A stretch of DNA of 64,000 bases, taken from NCBI GenBank assembly GCA_963662625.1, contig OY759726.1, forward strand, positions 800,001 through 864,000, written 5' to 3'. The notes below the pieces were generated by a model. The model was given only the letters and a program-made list of their open reading frames with translations. It was not told the DNA's origin and did no database searches. Both the position numbers and the translations under genes were made by a program. Positions within the stretch are counted from its first letter, which is position 1. Every line of letters starts with the position of its first letter. Positions 18,750 to 27,869 of this stretch are shown here, one piece after another. Source of the DNA: Nitrosopumilus sp. Its GTDB lineage: Archaea > Thermoproteota > Nitrososphaeria > Nitrososphaerales > Nitrosopumilaceae.

Positions 18750-19649
18750 ATGAAGCTGGTGTTTTTGGGGACGTCGGCGGCGCAGCCCAGCAAGGACAGG
18801 GGGCTGTCGTGCCTCTGCCTCGAGAGGGAGGGGGAGGTGCTGATGTTCGACGCGGGGGAGGGCGCGCAGGTCCCGTTTTTAAAGTCCGGCCTGGGATGGA
18901 ACAAGAAGATGAAGGTCTTCATAACCCACCTGCACGGCGACCACTGCGTCGGGCTCTTGGGGCTGCTGCAGACGATGACCATGCAGGGCAGGACCAAGCC
19001 CCTCGAGATCTACGGGCCGGGCGGCATAGAGGAGTTCGTTGCGGCCAACGTCAGGGTGCTGAACTTCGGGCTGTCGTTTCCGGTCATGATCAGCGCCGTC
19101 AGGGAGGGGCCGGTGTCCGAGTCTGACGCCTATTCCGTCTCCGCGTGCAGGGCGAGCCACTCGGTCACCGCGTTCTCGTACCTGTTCAGGGAGAAGGACA
19201 GGCCGGGCAGGTTTAACCGGGAGAGGGCGCTGGAGCTGGGGGTCCCGGAGGGCCCCCAATGGAAGCGGCTGCAGAAAGGGGGCGACGTGGTGGTGGGCCG
19301 GAGGAGGATCACCCCGGCCCAGGTCCTGGGCGAGAGCAGGCCCGGGAGGAAGATCGGGATATCCGGGGACACGTCGCCCACCGCCGAGCTGGAGAAGTTC
19401 TTTGGCGGCTGCGACTATCTCGTGTTTGACTCCACGTTCCTGGACGAGCTGAGGGACAGGGCCCGGGAGACGGGCCACTGCACCGCGAGGCAGGCGGCGA
19501 CGCTTGCGAGAAACGCCGGGGTCGGGACGCTGGTGCTGACCCACTTTTCGACCAGGTACAAGGACGAGTCGGCGCTACTCAGGGAGGCGGGGCGGATCCA
19601 CGGCTCCGTCATCGCCGCAAGGGACATGCTCGAAGTAGAGATAAGATGA
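18750..19649 (+). CDS. rnz: Ribonuclease Z
   Basis: FLGTSAA, THLHGDH, GP flexible arm, SGDT, THFSTRY. Confidence 0.95.
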   Translation: MKLVFLGTSAAQPSKDRGLSCLCLEREGEVLMFDAGEGAQVPFLKSGLGWNKKMKVFITHLHGDHCVGLLGLLQTMTMQGRTKPLEIYGPGGIEEFVAANVRVLNFGLSFPVMISAVREGPVSESDAYSVSACRASHSVTAFSYLFREKDRPGRFNRERALELGVPEGPQWKRLQKGGDVVVGRRRITPAQVLGESRPGRKIGISGDTSPTAELEKFFGGCDYLVFDSTFLDELRDRARETGHCTARQAATLARNAGVGTLVLTHFSTRYKDESALLREAGRIHGSVIAARDMLEVEIR

Positions 19650-20389
19650 TGGACGCGCTGGGGCGGGAGGCGGGAAGGCTCGGGGAGGCAAGGAAGATCG
19701 TCTTTGTCACCGGCGCCGGGATATCCCGCGAGAGCGGCATCCCCACGTTCAGGGGCAGCGACGGGCTCTGGAGGAACCATGACGCGATGAAGCTGGCCAC
19801 CATCGAGGCGTTCCTCGCAGATCCGGGGCTGGTGTGGGAGTGGTACAACGAGAGGAGGGCGAACGTCCTTGCGGCCAGCCCCAACGACGGGCACAGGGCG
19901 ATCGCCGGGCTCGAGGGGGTCGCGGACGTCGTGGTCCTTACCCAGAACATCGACGGGCTCCACCAGAGGGCGGGCAGCACCAGGGTCCTGGAGCTGCACG
20001 GGAGCATAGTTAGGACGAGGTGCACCGCCTGCGACTTTCGCGAGGATGCCGCGGCGGGGTTTTCGGAGCTTCCGCCGGTCTGCAGGTGCGGGCACATGCT
20101 GAGGCCCGACGTGGTGTGGTTCGGCGAGGCGCTGCCGCAGGACGTGTGGCTGAAGGCCGTGGCCCACGCGAGCCGGTGCGACGTGATGGTGGTCGTGGGG
20201 ACGTCGCTGGCGGTATCCCCTGCAAACACCCTGCCCGCGTACGCCAGGCGGAACGGCGCGCTGCTGGTAGAGGTCAACCCGGAGGCCACCGCGATGTCGG
20301 GGGAGATGGATCTGTCGATAAGGGACGCCTCTGCCCGCGCGCTGCCCGAGATGGCGGCGTTCCTAAGGGGCCTGCGATCCCGGGAGTGA
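19646..20389 (+). CDS. cobB: NAD-dependent protein deacylase (Sir2)
   Basis: [37 protein letters not shown]. Confidence 0.94.
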   Translation: MMDALGREAGRLGEARKIVFVTGAGISRESGIPTFRGSDGLWRNHDAMKLATIEAFLADPGLVWEWYNERRANVLAASPNDGHRAIAGLEGVADVVVLTQNIDGLHQRAGSTRVLELHGSIVRTRCTACDFREDAAAGFSELPPVCRCGHMLRPDVVWFGEALPQDVWLKAVAHASRCDVMVVVGTSLAVSPANTLPAYARRNGALLVEVNPEATAMSGEMDLSIRDASARALPEMAAFLRGLRSRE

Positions 20390-20653
20390 CCCGAGCTTCT
20401 CGGCGATGTCCTGCCCCACGGACTCCACCGACGAGCCCGCCAGGTCGGTCAGTTCGCCGCCTATCTGCCCGGCGGCCGAGTCAATCCTCCGCTCTGCCGA
20501 CTCGATGGAGCTGGCCGCGATGGAGCTGATGTCCTGCTTGAGCGAGTCGACGCCGGTGCTGGTGGCGTTTGGGAAGTACTCGCCTATCTCGGAGGAGAAC
20601 GCGGCCAGGGCGACGATCACGATCGCCGCGGCTATGCCCAGTTTTATAAACAT
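20363..20653 (-). CDS. Small signal-anchored hypothetical protein
   Basis: Hydrophobic N-terminus then amphipathic acidic helix. Confidence 0.65.
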   Translation of the reverse strand: MFIKLGIAAAIVIVALAAFSSEIGEYFPNATSTGVDSLKQDISSIAASSIESAERRIDSAAGQIGGELTDLAGSSVESVGQDIAEKLGSLPGSQAP

Positions 20654-20723
20654 TGGTGCTGTCTCAAAAAATTGTTTTTTCTAGGTGATGCTGAAATAAT
20701 TGTACAGAAGTGATTGAATTTTC

Positions 20724-21140
20724 TTAGCTAAGCCTTCGCGGCGACGTCAGGAGCCCGATCACCTCCCCTATGCTGCTTGAGGCCAGGGCCACCCTGATCG
20801 GGCCGAGCGGGGACTCTTCGGCCGCCTCGCACAGCGCGACCTTCCCGGCAAACGCGGCCTGCTTGTTCAGGTAGAACCAGGTCGCGCCCCCGTCCGCGTG
20901 CCTCTCGAGGGCGCGCCTGTAGGCGGCCTGGGACTGCCTTGACTGGATGGACTCGCGGATCTTTTCAAGGGAGGCGAGGCTGTCCGACGTGGCGGAGACC
21001 GAGCGGTCCCCGGGCCTGGCCGTGCAGCCCGGGAGCACGTTGGACACGGCGGCGGCCACCTTGCCGGGGTCTTCGGAGGGGTTTACCGCGCAGGACGCCT
21101 CGATCCTGCAGCCCGGGAGCCGGGGGCTCATTTCAGCCAT
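20724..21140 (-). CDS. UPF0201/DUF54 RNA-binding domain protein
   Basis: NPSEDP.KV..AV.N, LNKQAAFAG, SPLGPI. Confidence 0.85.
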   Translation of the reverse strand: MAEMSPRLPGCRIEASCAVNPSEDPGKVAAAVSNVLPGCTARPGDRSVSATSDSLASLEKIRESIQSRQSQAAYRRALERHADGGATWFYLNKQAAFAGKVALCEAAEESPLGPIRVALASSSIGEVIGLLTSPRRLS

Positions 21141-21676
21141 CGGCCGATCTTTTCAAGCGCGGCGTCGACCAGCTCGTCCGCGGTCTTGTCGTTGTTGTTG
21201 ACCACCTCCTCGGACAGCGCTATGGGGTCGCTGATTCCGACCCCGAGCTCCCTGCTGTCCCGCTCCTCGAAGCTCTCCCGCGTGGCAGGATCGTCGGGCC
21301 TGCCCCGGCGCCGCATGAAGCCAAAGCGCGTGCCTGCCGACGCGTGCACCGCGAGGAGCTTGACGTCGCCGCACCCCCGCAGGACGTCAATCTCCGCGTT
21401 GGAGCGCACGCCGTCCACTATTACCACCCGGGATCCGGAGGCCTCGATCCTGCCCCTTACCAGCTCGGCCACCGCCCCGGGGCCGTTCTTGCGCCTCAGC
21501 TCGAGCATCAGCCGGCCCAGGTTCGCGCCGGTAGGTTCCAGGTTCCGGCTCCGCGCCTCCGCCCTGACCGCGTTTCCCATGTTGATGATCTCGTGGCCCC
21601 TCGATTCCAGCCCCCGGGCAATCGTGGATTTCCCCGACCCCGGCATGCCGGTCAGGCACACGATCAGCTTTTGCAT
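21128..21676 (-). CDS. UPF0200 nucleotide kinase (archaeal dephospho-CoA kinase-like)
   Basis: TGMPGSGKS P-loop, DGVRS, RGRPDD, RD.RELGVG. Confidence 0.85.
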   Translation of the reverse strand: MQKLIVCLTGMPGSGKSTIARGLESRGHEIINMGNAVRAEARSRNLEPTGANLGRLMLELRRKNGPGAVAELVRGRIEASGSRVVIVDGVRSNAEIDVLRGCGDVKLLAVHASAGTRFGFMRRRGRPDDPATRESFEERDSRELGVGISDPIALSEEVVNNNDKTADELVDAALEKIGRWLK

Positions 21677-21745
21677 GGTGTTGACTCCGGCCCCGGGCGC
21701 TATGAAGTTACCGGAGATATTATAACGACCCCTCCAAAGACATCT

Positions 21746-22288
21746 ATGATGCGAACGTTCGTGGCAGTCGACGTCTCCGCGGAGGTTGCCGGGTCGATAC
21801 TGAGGTTCCAGTCCGCCGCCGGCATCGCCGCGAGGGCGGTCGGGCCGCACAACCTGCACTTTACGCTGCAGTTCCTGGGGGAGGCGCGGCCGGGCGCGGT
21901 GGAGAAGGCAAGGCGGGCGCTGAGGGCCGTGGAGTTCTCCGGGTTCGCGGTGGGCTTCAGGGGGGTCGGGGCCTTTCCCGGGCCGAGGTCCCCAAGGGTG
22001 GTCTGGGTGGGGACCGACGGCGGCGGCGCGGAGGGGCTGCGCGGGCTGGCAGGCAAGGTGGGGAGGGCGCTGGCGCCGCTGGGCTTCCCGAGCGGCAGGC
22101 CGTTCAGGCCCCACGTCACCGTGTTCAGGATCGGCGGGGGCGCGGGGGACGTGGCCGGGGTGCTGGAAAGGTTCAAGTCGGCGGAGTTCGGGAGCCAGAG
22201 AGTCGCCAGCATCAAGCTCAAGCGGAGCGTCCTGACCCCGGCCGGCCCGGCGTACTCGGATCTGGAGGAGGTGGCGGCCGCGCAATGA
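21746..22288 (+). CDS. thpR: RNA 2',3'-cyclic phosphodiesterase (2H family)
   Basis: R.FVAV, HFTLQFLGE and PHVT 2H motifs. Confidence 0.92.
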   Translation: MMRTFVAVDVSAEVAGSILRFQSAAGIAARAVGPHNLHFTLQFLGEARPGAVEKARRALRAVEFSGFAVGFRGVGAFPGPRSPRVVWVGTDGGGAEGLRGLAGKVGRALAPLGFPSGRPFRPHVTVFRIGGGAGDVAGVLERFKSAEFGSQRVASIKLKRSVLTPAGPAYSDLEEVAAAQ

Positions 22289-23613
22289 GGGGGGTGGTTT
22301 CCAAGGCCAGGAGATCCGCGGCCCCTTCTGCCGCGGTGAAGAAGTCCAAGAAGAAGATCGCGGACGCCGCGCTCAGGCTGATAGAGGCGCAGGCGGCGGG
22401 GCACGGCCAGGTGACGGGGGTCGAGTTTGGCGGATCGTACGCGAAGGGCACGTGGCTGGGATCGGGCTCGGACGTGGACATCTTCGTGGGCTTCAAGAAG
22501 GACACGCCGGAGGAGGAGTTTGTCAGGGTCTCGCAGGAGATCGGGTTCGCGGCGCTGAAAGACCACGGGCCCTACGTGAGGTACGCCGATCACCCGTACG
22601 TGGAGGCGAGGATGCGGCAGACCAAGATCAACGCCGTCCCGTACTACGACGTGGGGCGGGGCAGGTGGAAGAGCGCGGCCGACAGGTCGCCCCACCACAC
22701 GAGGTACATGCAGAAGGCCCTCACCGCGAGGATGAGGGACGATGTGCGGGTCCTGAAGACGTTTCTCGGGTCTGCCGGCATCTACGGCGCGGAGATCGCA
22801 AGGCAGGGGTTCAGCGGGTACGTGAGCGAGGTGCTGGTCCTGGAGTTCGGGGGCTTCGAGAACGTCGTGAAGGCGGTCGCCTCCATGGGGGAGAATTCCG
22901 TGGTCGGCAGGGCCGGGAAAAAGTTCGACACGCCGCTCACGATCATCGACCCGATAGACGGCAGGCGGAACCTGGCGGCGGCCATATCCGAGGAGAACGT
23001 GGGGAGGTTCGTCCTCCTCTGCAGGGCGTTCCAGAGGAGGCCCGGGCCGCGGTTCTTCAGGCCGGCGGCCCCCCGGAGGCCGCGCGTGGACGGGAGGAAC
23101 GTGCTGGCGGTGAGGTTCGGTTTCCGGCCCAGGAGTTCCGAGGAGATCTGGGGGCAGGCGAAGAGGGCGGCGGCCTCGCTTGCGACCCAGCTCGGCGTCG
23201 CGGGGTTCAGCGTGCTGCGCAGCGCGGCGTGGACCGACGAGAAGAGGGACGCCTGCCTGCTGTTCCTGCTGGAGTCGGTGAAGATCCCCGGGATCCGCGT
23301 AAAGGACGGCCCGGGGATCTTCATGGAGGGCTATGCGGACCGGTTCATCGGGAAGAACTCCCGGAAGAGCAGGCTCATGTGGGTCGGGGGCGGGAGGATC
23401 TTCTCCTTGGAAGAGCGCCGGTTCAGCGACGCGAGGCTGTTCCTGAGGGACCTCCTGGAAGACGGCGGGCGGGCGGGGCTGCCGAAGGGGCTCAGGGAGG
23501 ACTTTGCGTCCGGGTTCAGGGTGTACTCGGGCACCGGCAGGATGGGCAAATCAATTAAAGAGGCCGCCCGGGATCTGGTTTCCACTGATGAGGCCTTCTT
23601 TTGTTTCGACTGA
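22285..23613 (+). CDS. cca: Class I CCA-adding enzyme
   Basis: GGSYAKGTWL...SDVDIF, YADHPY, SAADRSPHH, GFSGYVSE. Confidence 0.95.
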   Translation: MRGVVSKARRSAAPSAAVKKSKKKIADAALRLIEAQAAGHGQVTGVEFGGSYAKGTWLGSGSDVDIFVGFKKDTPEEEFVRVSQEIGFAALKDHGPYVRYADHPYVEARMRQTKINAVPYYDVGRGRWKSAADRSPHHTRYMQKALTARMRDDVRVLKTFLGSAGIYGAEIARQGFSGYVSEVLVLEFGGFENVVKAVASMGENSVVGRAGKKFDTPLTIIDPIDGRRNLAAAISEENVGRFVLLCRAFQRRPGPRFFRPAAPRRPRVDGRNVLAVRFGFRPRSSEEIWGQAKRAAASLATQLGVAGFSVLRSAAWTDEKRDACLLFLLESVKIPGIRVKDGPGIFMEGYADRFIGKNSRKSRLMWVGGGRIFSLEERRFSDARLFLRDLLEDGGRAGLPKGLREDFASGFRVYSGTGRMGKSIKEAARDLVSTDEAFFCFD

Positions 23614-24349
23614 GGACCTGGCGGCCGAGCCATACTCGGGGATAATCGGGTACCCTCGGGCGACGCCGCGGCAGGTAAGCCGGCGGATCTCCGAGCTCGG
23701 GGGGCTGGGCATAGCGTCGGTCTCGTTTTCCGGGCCCACCAGCATCGGGAACCTGGACGTGCTGGGAAAGGGCTACGTCGGGGTGGTGGTGCTGGCAAAG
23801 ATGGGCGCCAGGAGGGTGGCGCTCAAGATCAGGAGGATCGACGCGCCCCGCGGCAGCATGAGGGACGAGGCAAGGCTGCTAAAGGCCGCGAACTCGGCCG
23901 GGGTGGGGCCCGAGTTTTACGGCGCGAGCAGGAACTTCCTGGCCATGGAGCACATCGAGGGCCAGAAGATCGGCGACTGGGTAAGGTCGGTCAGGGGGAG
24001 GGGCAGCGCGGGGAGGATCAAGTCGGTGGCAAGAAAGGTCCTGGAGGACTGCTACAGGATGGACCTGGCGGGCCTTGACCACGGGGAACTCAGCAGCATC
24101 TCAAAGCACGTGATCGTCGGGGAGGCGAGGCAGGCCGTGATCGACTTTGAGAGCTCCAGCACGCGCAGGAGGGCGTCGAACGTGACGTCGGCCGCCCAGG
24201 CGATCTTCATCGGCTCCGGGATCTCGAAGGCCGTCCGGAGGGCGTACAGGCTGCCCCCCAAGCAGGAGATCATCGACTCGCTGCGGCTGTACAAGAAGGA
24301 CGGGTCGCGCCGGAGCTTCGAGGGCATGCTGGGCGTGCTAAAGCTGTAG
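23588..24349 (+). CDS. Atypical Ser/Thr protein kinase (RIO/Bud32-like)
   Basis: LGKGYVGVV, VALKIRR, DHGELS, IDFES. Confidence 0.82.
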   Translation: MRPSFVSTEDLAAEPYSGIIGYPRATPRQVSRRISELGGLGIASVSFSGPTSIGNLDVLGKGYVGVVVLAKMGARRVALKIRRIDAPRGSMRDEARLLKAANSAGVGPEFYGASRNFLAMEHIEGQKIGDWVRSVRGRGSAGRIKSVARKVLEDCYRMDLAGLDHGELSSISKHVIVGEARQAVIDFESSSTRRRASNVTSAAQAIFIGSGISKAVRRAYRLPPKQEIIDSLRLYKKDGSRRSFEGMLGVLKL

Positions 24350-24364
24350 GCCGGGGCACCAATA

Positions 24365-24441
24365 TGGTGGGATTGGCAGGATTCGAACCTGCGACCACTA
24401 GTCCCCCAGACTAGTATCATGCCAAGCTAGACGACAATCCC
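24365..24441 (-). tRNA. tRNA-Pro(GGG), intronless, CCA encoded
   Basis: GGGATTG/CAATCCC acceptor stem, CTAGT-CTGGGGG-ACTAG anticodon arm, GGTTCGAATCC T-arm, ACCA end. Confidence 0.96.
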
Positions 24442-24449
24442 TCTCTGGT

Positions 24450-24707
24450 ATGTGCGAGGATGAAATTATTAAATTCTCGGATTTCCAAGGGTTGGCGTTG
24501 GGAACCTGCAGGATATGCAAGAAGTTGTCGGCTACCGGCCGGGACCACCTTGACTGCGTCCAGATGCGCAGGATCGAGCTCGAGGACGAGGACCTCAAGG
24601 GCCGCCTCGCCGAGAAGGTTGACCTGGCGGAGAACCCCGGGGGCCTGGGGGTCGAGGTCAGGGCCCTGCTGGAGCACCTTTCGAGGGAGAAGGACGGGCG
24701 GTCATAG
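24450..24707 (+). CDS. Small hypothetical protein with CxxC...HxxC motif (start uncertain)
   Basis: CRIC...HLDC; coding-like codon usage in 3' half. Confidence 0.5.
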   Translation: MCEDEIIKFSDFQGLALGTCRICKKLSATGRDHLDCVQMRRIELEDEDLKGRLAEKVDLAENPGGLGVEVRALLEHLSREKDGRS

Positions 24708-25853
24708 CCACCTTTCGAGCCGCTCCCTCTCAAACTCCAGCTTTTCGGACAGGTGCTGCGCGGTGGAGCTGGTCAGCCTGGTGGAAGGCCCCCCCTCCGA
24801 GAACATGTCGACCCTTACCATGGCGGCGGTCCCCCTGCCGGACTCGAGAAAGCAGCTCCCCTTCCCGTCAAACGGCACGCGGTCGTCCCGGGAGCTGATC
24901 CTGGACACGATGCTCCTTGCCACGGCCGCGGCCTCCCCCTCCGCAAACACGCCCGCCTTTGGCACCGCCGCCTGCCGCCCCGCCGGAAGGCTGGTCACGT
25001 CGCCCACCGCGTAGACGCCCTCGAACCTCGTCCTGCAGTCCCTGGAGATGGGGATGAACCCGCCCTCCTCGGCGAGCCCCGACTCGTAGATTACCGCGGG
25101 CGCCACGTGCGGCGGGACCGCCAGGAGCAGGTCAAAGTCTGCCGCGCCGTCCTCGAAGACGAGCCTGTTCCTTTCCACGCGCCTTGCCCTGCACGATCCG
25201 TGGAAGGCGATGCCCTCGTCCTCGAGCATCCCGCGCACCCGCCTGCTGACCTCGGGGCCCGCCGCGGGCAGCGTGATCGGCGCGGGGCTGTAAAAGTCGA
25301 TCCGTATCGAGTCCCGGGTGCCTTCCTCCCTGAGCATGGAGTCGATCAGGAGGGCCGCCTCGAAGGGGGCCTGGGGGCACTTGTACGGCATGCCCATGAC
25401 GGATATCGCGATCCTGCCGGACTTCATCCCCCTCAACCTCCGGCGGATCTCCGGGAGCTGGGAGTGGTCGTACAGGATCATCCCGAACTCCCCCAGCCCG
25501 GGGATCCTTTCCGGGGCCAGCGACGCCCCCATGGCGATGATCAGGAAGTCGTAGGACAGCACCCTCGTGGGGGTCCGGACCTGCCTGGCGCCCGGATCGA
25601 TCCCGGTAACCTCCTCCTTTACAAAGCCGATCCCCTTCTTCGGCAGCCCGTTCAGGGAGCCGGCGGAGTCCTCGAACGTCCTCACGCCCCTCATTATCCA
25701 GAGCTTGGCAAAGCCCACCATGAACCAGTCCTTCCTGTCGACCACCGTGATCCTGACCCGCGACGGGGGGAAGCGGCTCCTTATCTCGTTTGCCGCGGAA
25801 AGGCCCCCAAAGCCGCCTCCCAGGACCAGCACGTGCGGGGCGTCGGCCGGCAA
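24702..25853 (-). CDS. Sulfide:quinone oxidoreductase-like FAD-dependent oxidoreductase
   Basis: GGGFGG, YKCPQAPFE, YAVGD, PKAG, C-terminal CFLESG. Confidence 0.8.
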   Translation of the reverse strand: MPADAPHVLVLGGGFGGLSAANEIRSRFPPSRVRITVVDRKDWFMVGFAKLWIMRGVRTFEDSAGSLNGLPKKGIGFVKEEVTGIDPGARQVRTPTRVLSYDFLIIAMGASLAPERIPGLGEFGMILYDHSQLPEIRRRLRGMKSGRIAISVMGMPYKCPQAPFEAALLIDSMLREEGTRDSIRIDFYSPAPITLPAAGPEVSRRVRGMLEDEGIAFHGSCRARRVERNRLVFEDGAADFDLLLAVPPHVAPAVIYESGLAEEGGFIPISRDCRTRFEGVYAVGDVTSLPAGRQAAVPKAGVFAEGEAAAVARSIVSRISSRDDRVPFDGKGSCFLESGRGTAAMVRVDMFSEGGPSTRLTSSTAQHLSEKLEFERERLERWL

Positions 25854-25854
25854 T

Positions 25855-26592
25855 TCAGCGTTCCTGGGACGTGGGCCTGATCAGGATCTCGTTGACGTTT
25901 ACGTGCGGCGGCGACCCCACCGCGTAGACGATGGCGTCCGCGATGTCCCCGGCCTGCAGCGACTCCATCTTCCTCGCGTTCTCCACAAAGCCCTGCAGGG
26001 ACTCGTCGGTGATCGTGCCGGTCAGTTCCGTGGCCACCACCCCGGGCTCGATGCACGTGACGCGGATGTTCTTGCGCACGCTCAGTTCCGCCCTGAGGCC
26101 CTCGCTGAACGCGGTTACCGCGTGCTTGGTCGCGCAGTACACGCTCCCGGCGGGGAAGACGATCCTTCCGGCCACGGAGGAGATGTTTACGATGTGGCCG
26201 GACCCCCCCTCCAGCATGTGGGGGACGGCCGCGGCGGTGCAGTACATCACCCCCTTGACGTTGACGTCCACCATCCGGTCCCACTCGTCGACCTTCAGGT
26301 TCTTGACAAAGCTCAGCGGCATGAGGCCCGCGTTGTTTACCAGTATGTCCACGGAGCCCCACTTCTCTAGGGCGCCCCCCACGAAGGAGTCGCACTCCTC
26401 CCTCTTGGTCACGTCCAGTTTCTGCGAGAAGCAGTCCCCGGTCTGCCTGATCTTGCCTTCCAGTTCGGCCAGCCTGTCGGTCCTCCTGGCGCCGATCGCC
26501 ACCTTGGCGCCCGCCTTGGACAGCGCCAGGGCGGTGGCGTGGCCTATGCCGCTGCTCGCCCCCGTCACGACGGCCACCTTGCCTTCAATCAT
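25855..26592 (-). CDS. SDR family oxidoreductase (YdfG/DHRS11-like)
   Basis: TGASSGIG, NNAG, YCATK. Confidence 0.92.
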   Translation of the reverse strand: MIEGKVAVVTGASSGIGHATALALSKAGAKVAIGARRTDRLAELEGKIRQTGDCFSQKLDVTKREECDSFVGGALEKWGSVDILVNNAGLMPLSFVKNLKVDEWDRMVDVNVKGVMYCTAAAVPHMLEGGSGHIVNISSVAGRIVFPAGSVYCATKHAVTAFSEGLRAELSVRKNIRVTCIEPGVVATELTGTITDESLQGFVENARKMESLQAGDIADAIVYAVGSPPHVNVNEILIRPTSQER

Positions 26593-26717
26593 GGGGCCCG
26601 CCTGCCCGGAACCGGTAGTGGCATACGGAGTGTTGGCGGGAATTTTAAATAATAACCTTGTGGCGCGGCGCGTGGGGGCCAAAGCAGTTTTAATAGAACG
26701 GGCCGGCAACGTATGGC

Positions 26718-26945
26718 ATGGGCCCGGAAAAGTGCGCGTACTGCGGCGACATGACGGACCTGCCGTTCCAGTGCAACTACTGCAAGGACCCGTTCTGCGC
26801 GGAGCACAGGCTCCCCGAGGAGCACAGGTGCGTCAAGCTGTCCCAGATCAGGGCAAAGAGGTTCGGCCAGAGGGGCGTGATCCGCGACGGGGGCCCGAGC
26901 AGGGGCGGCGTGCTCAGGCGCATATTCAGGAGGCTGAGGGGCTAG
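26718..26945 (+). CDS. AN1-type zinc finger protein
   Basis: CAYC...FQCNYC...FCAEHRLPEEHRC. Confidence 0.9.
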   Translation: MGPEKCAYCGDMTDLPFQCNYCKDPFCAEHRLPEEHRCVKLSQIRAKRFGQRGVIRDGGPSRGGVLRRIFRRLRG

Positions 26946-27226
26946 TACGGGGTCTTGTCCGGGGAGATCCTCGCCCGGCGGCCCTGGTAGATCAGCGCCA
27001 CGGCCAGGACGAACATCACGAATGCCGTCAGCGGGAAGTTCTGCGGGGCGGGCAGCACGAACCAGTAGTAGATCCCGAACCCTATCGCGACGGCCGCCTG
27101 GGTCCAGAGCTTGGCCCACTTGGGCGCCCTGACGAGCCTGGAGGCGGCCTCCACCAGGAAGATCCCGATCACGGGATAGATGGTGTAGAAGAGGAAGTCT
27201 ATGACGTCCACCCCCGTGTGCGACAT
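26942..27226 (-). CDS. Small membrane protein
   Basis: Three hydrophobic segments; genome-typical codons. Confidence 0.75.
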   Translation of the reverse strand: MSHTGVDVIDFLFYTIYPVIGIFLVEAASRLVRAPKWAKLWTQAAVAIGFGIYYWFVLPAPQNFPLTAFVMFVLAVALIYQGRRARISPDKTPY

Positions 27227-27257
27227 ACGTGGTGGGCGTCGCTGGCGTAATTTCTAC

Positions 27258-27815
27258 CTAGTCTTCCCAGCTGACCTTGGTCGCCGCGTTCTTGGCCACC
27301 AGTGCCTGCGCGTTCTCGTACGGGATCGTGGCGATGTCCTCGGCCTTGAACGGCCCGTACTTTTCCAGGTCCGCGCCGACGATCTCGCCCACGTCTTGGA
27401 GGAACCTCACCGCCACCGGCCTGGTCTTGTGCTTGTGGGAGACCGACTCGAGGAACTTGGACCTGCCGTGGATCGTGGCGGAGAGGATCATCTCGGCCCT
27501 CTCGCGCTGCTGCTCGCGGGCGTCGAGGATGAACTTTTCCTCGTCCAGCAGGTTCTTCGTGTCGCCGCCCTCCGGCCCGGAGGCCTTCTCGATCCTCGCG
27601 CGGATCAGCAGCGACGTCAGCTCCGTAGCCATGTCGATCATCGACTCCTTGATCTTGTCCTCCACGCCGTCGAACTCCTGCTTCCTCAGGTTCCCCAGAA
27701 ACTCCGACACGGCCCGGTAAAAGCCCGGATCCAGTTCCTGGACCGGGTCGTTCTCGGTCTCCCTGAGGACCACCGCGTGCAGGTAGCCTATGTCTATGTC
27801 GTCTGGCTTGGACAT
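27258..27815 (-). CDS. DNA replication complex GINS subunit (Gins15-type)
   Basis: FY, R..K, EEK A-domain; IVGADLEKYGPFKAEDIATIP B-domain. Confidence 0.85.
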   Translation of the reverse strand: MSKPDDIDIGYLHAVVLRETENDPVQELDPGFYRAVSEFLGNLRKQEFDGVEDKIKESMIDMATELTSLLIRARIEKASGPEGGDTKNLLDEEKFILDAREQQRERAEMILSATIHGRSKFLESVSHKHKTRPVAVRFLQDVGEIVGADLEKYGPFKAEDIATIPYENAQALVAKNAATKVSWED

Positions 27816-27869
27816 CTCCTACCTAATCCTTAAATGCCGGATCTATTTGTGTCTGATTGAAGCGCGAAA

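Noticed and set aside
24365-26600. Integrated element at tRNA-Pro
   Set aside because: No integrase and no duplicated tRNA 3' end seen
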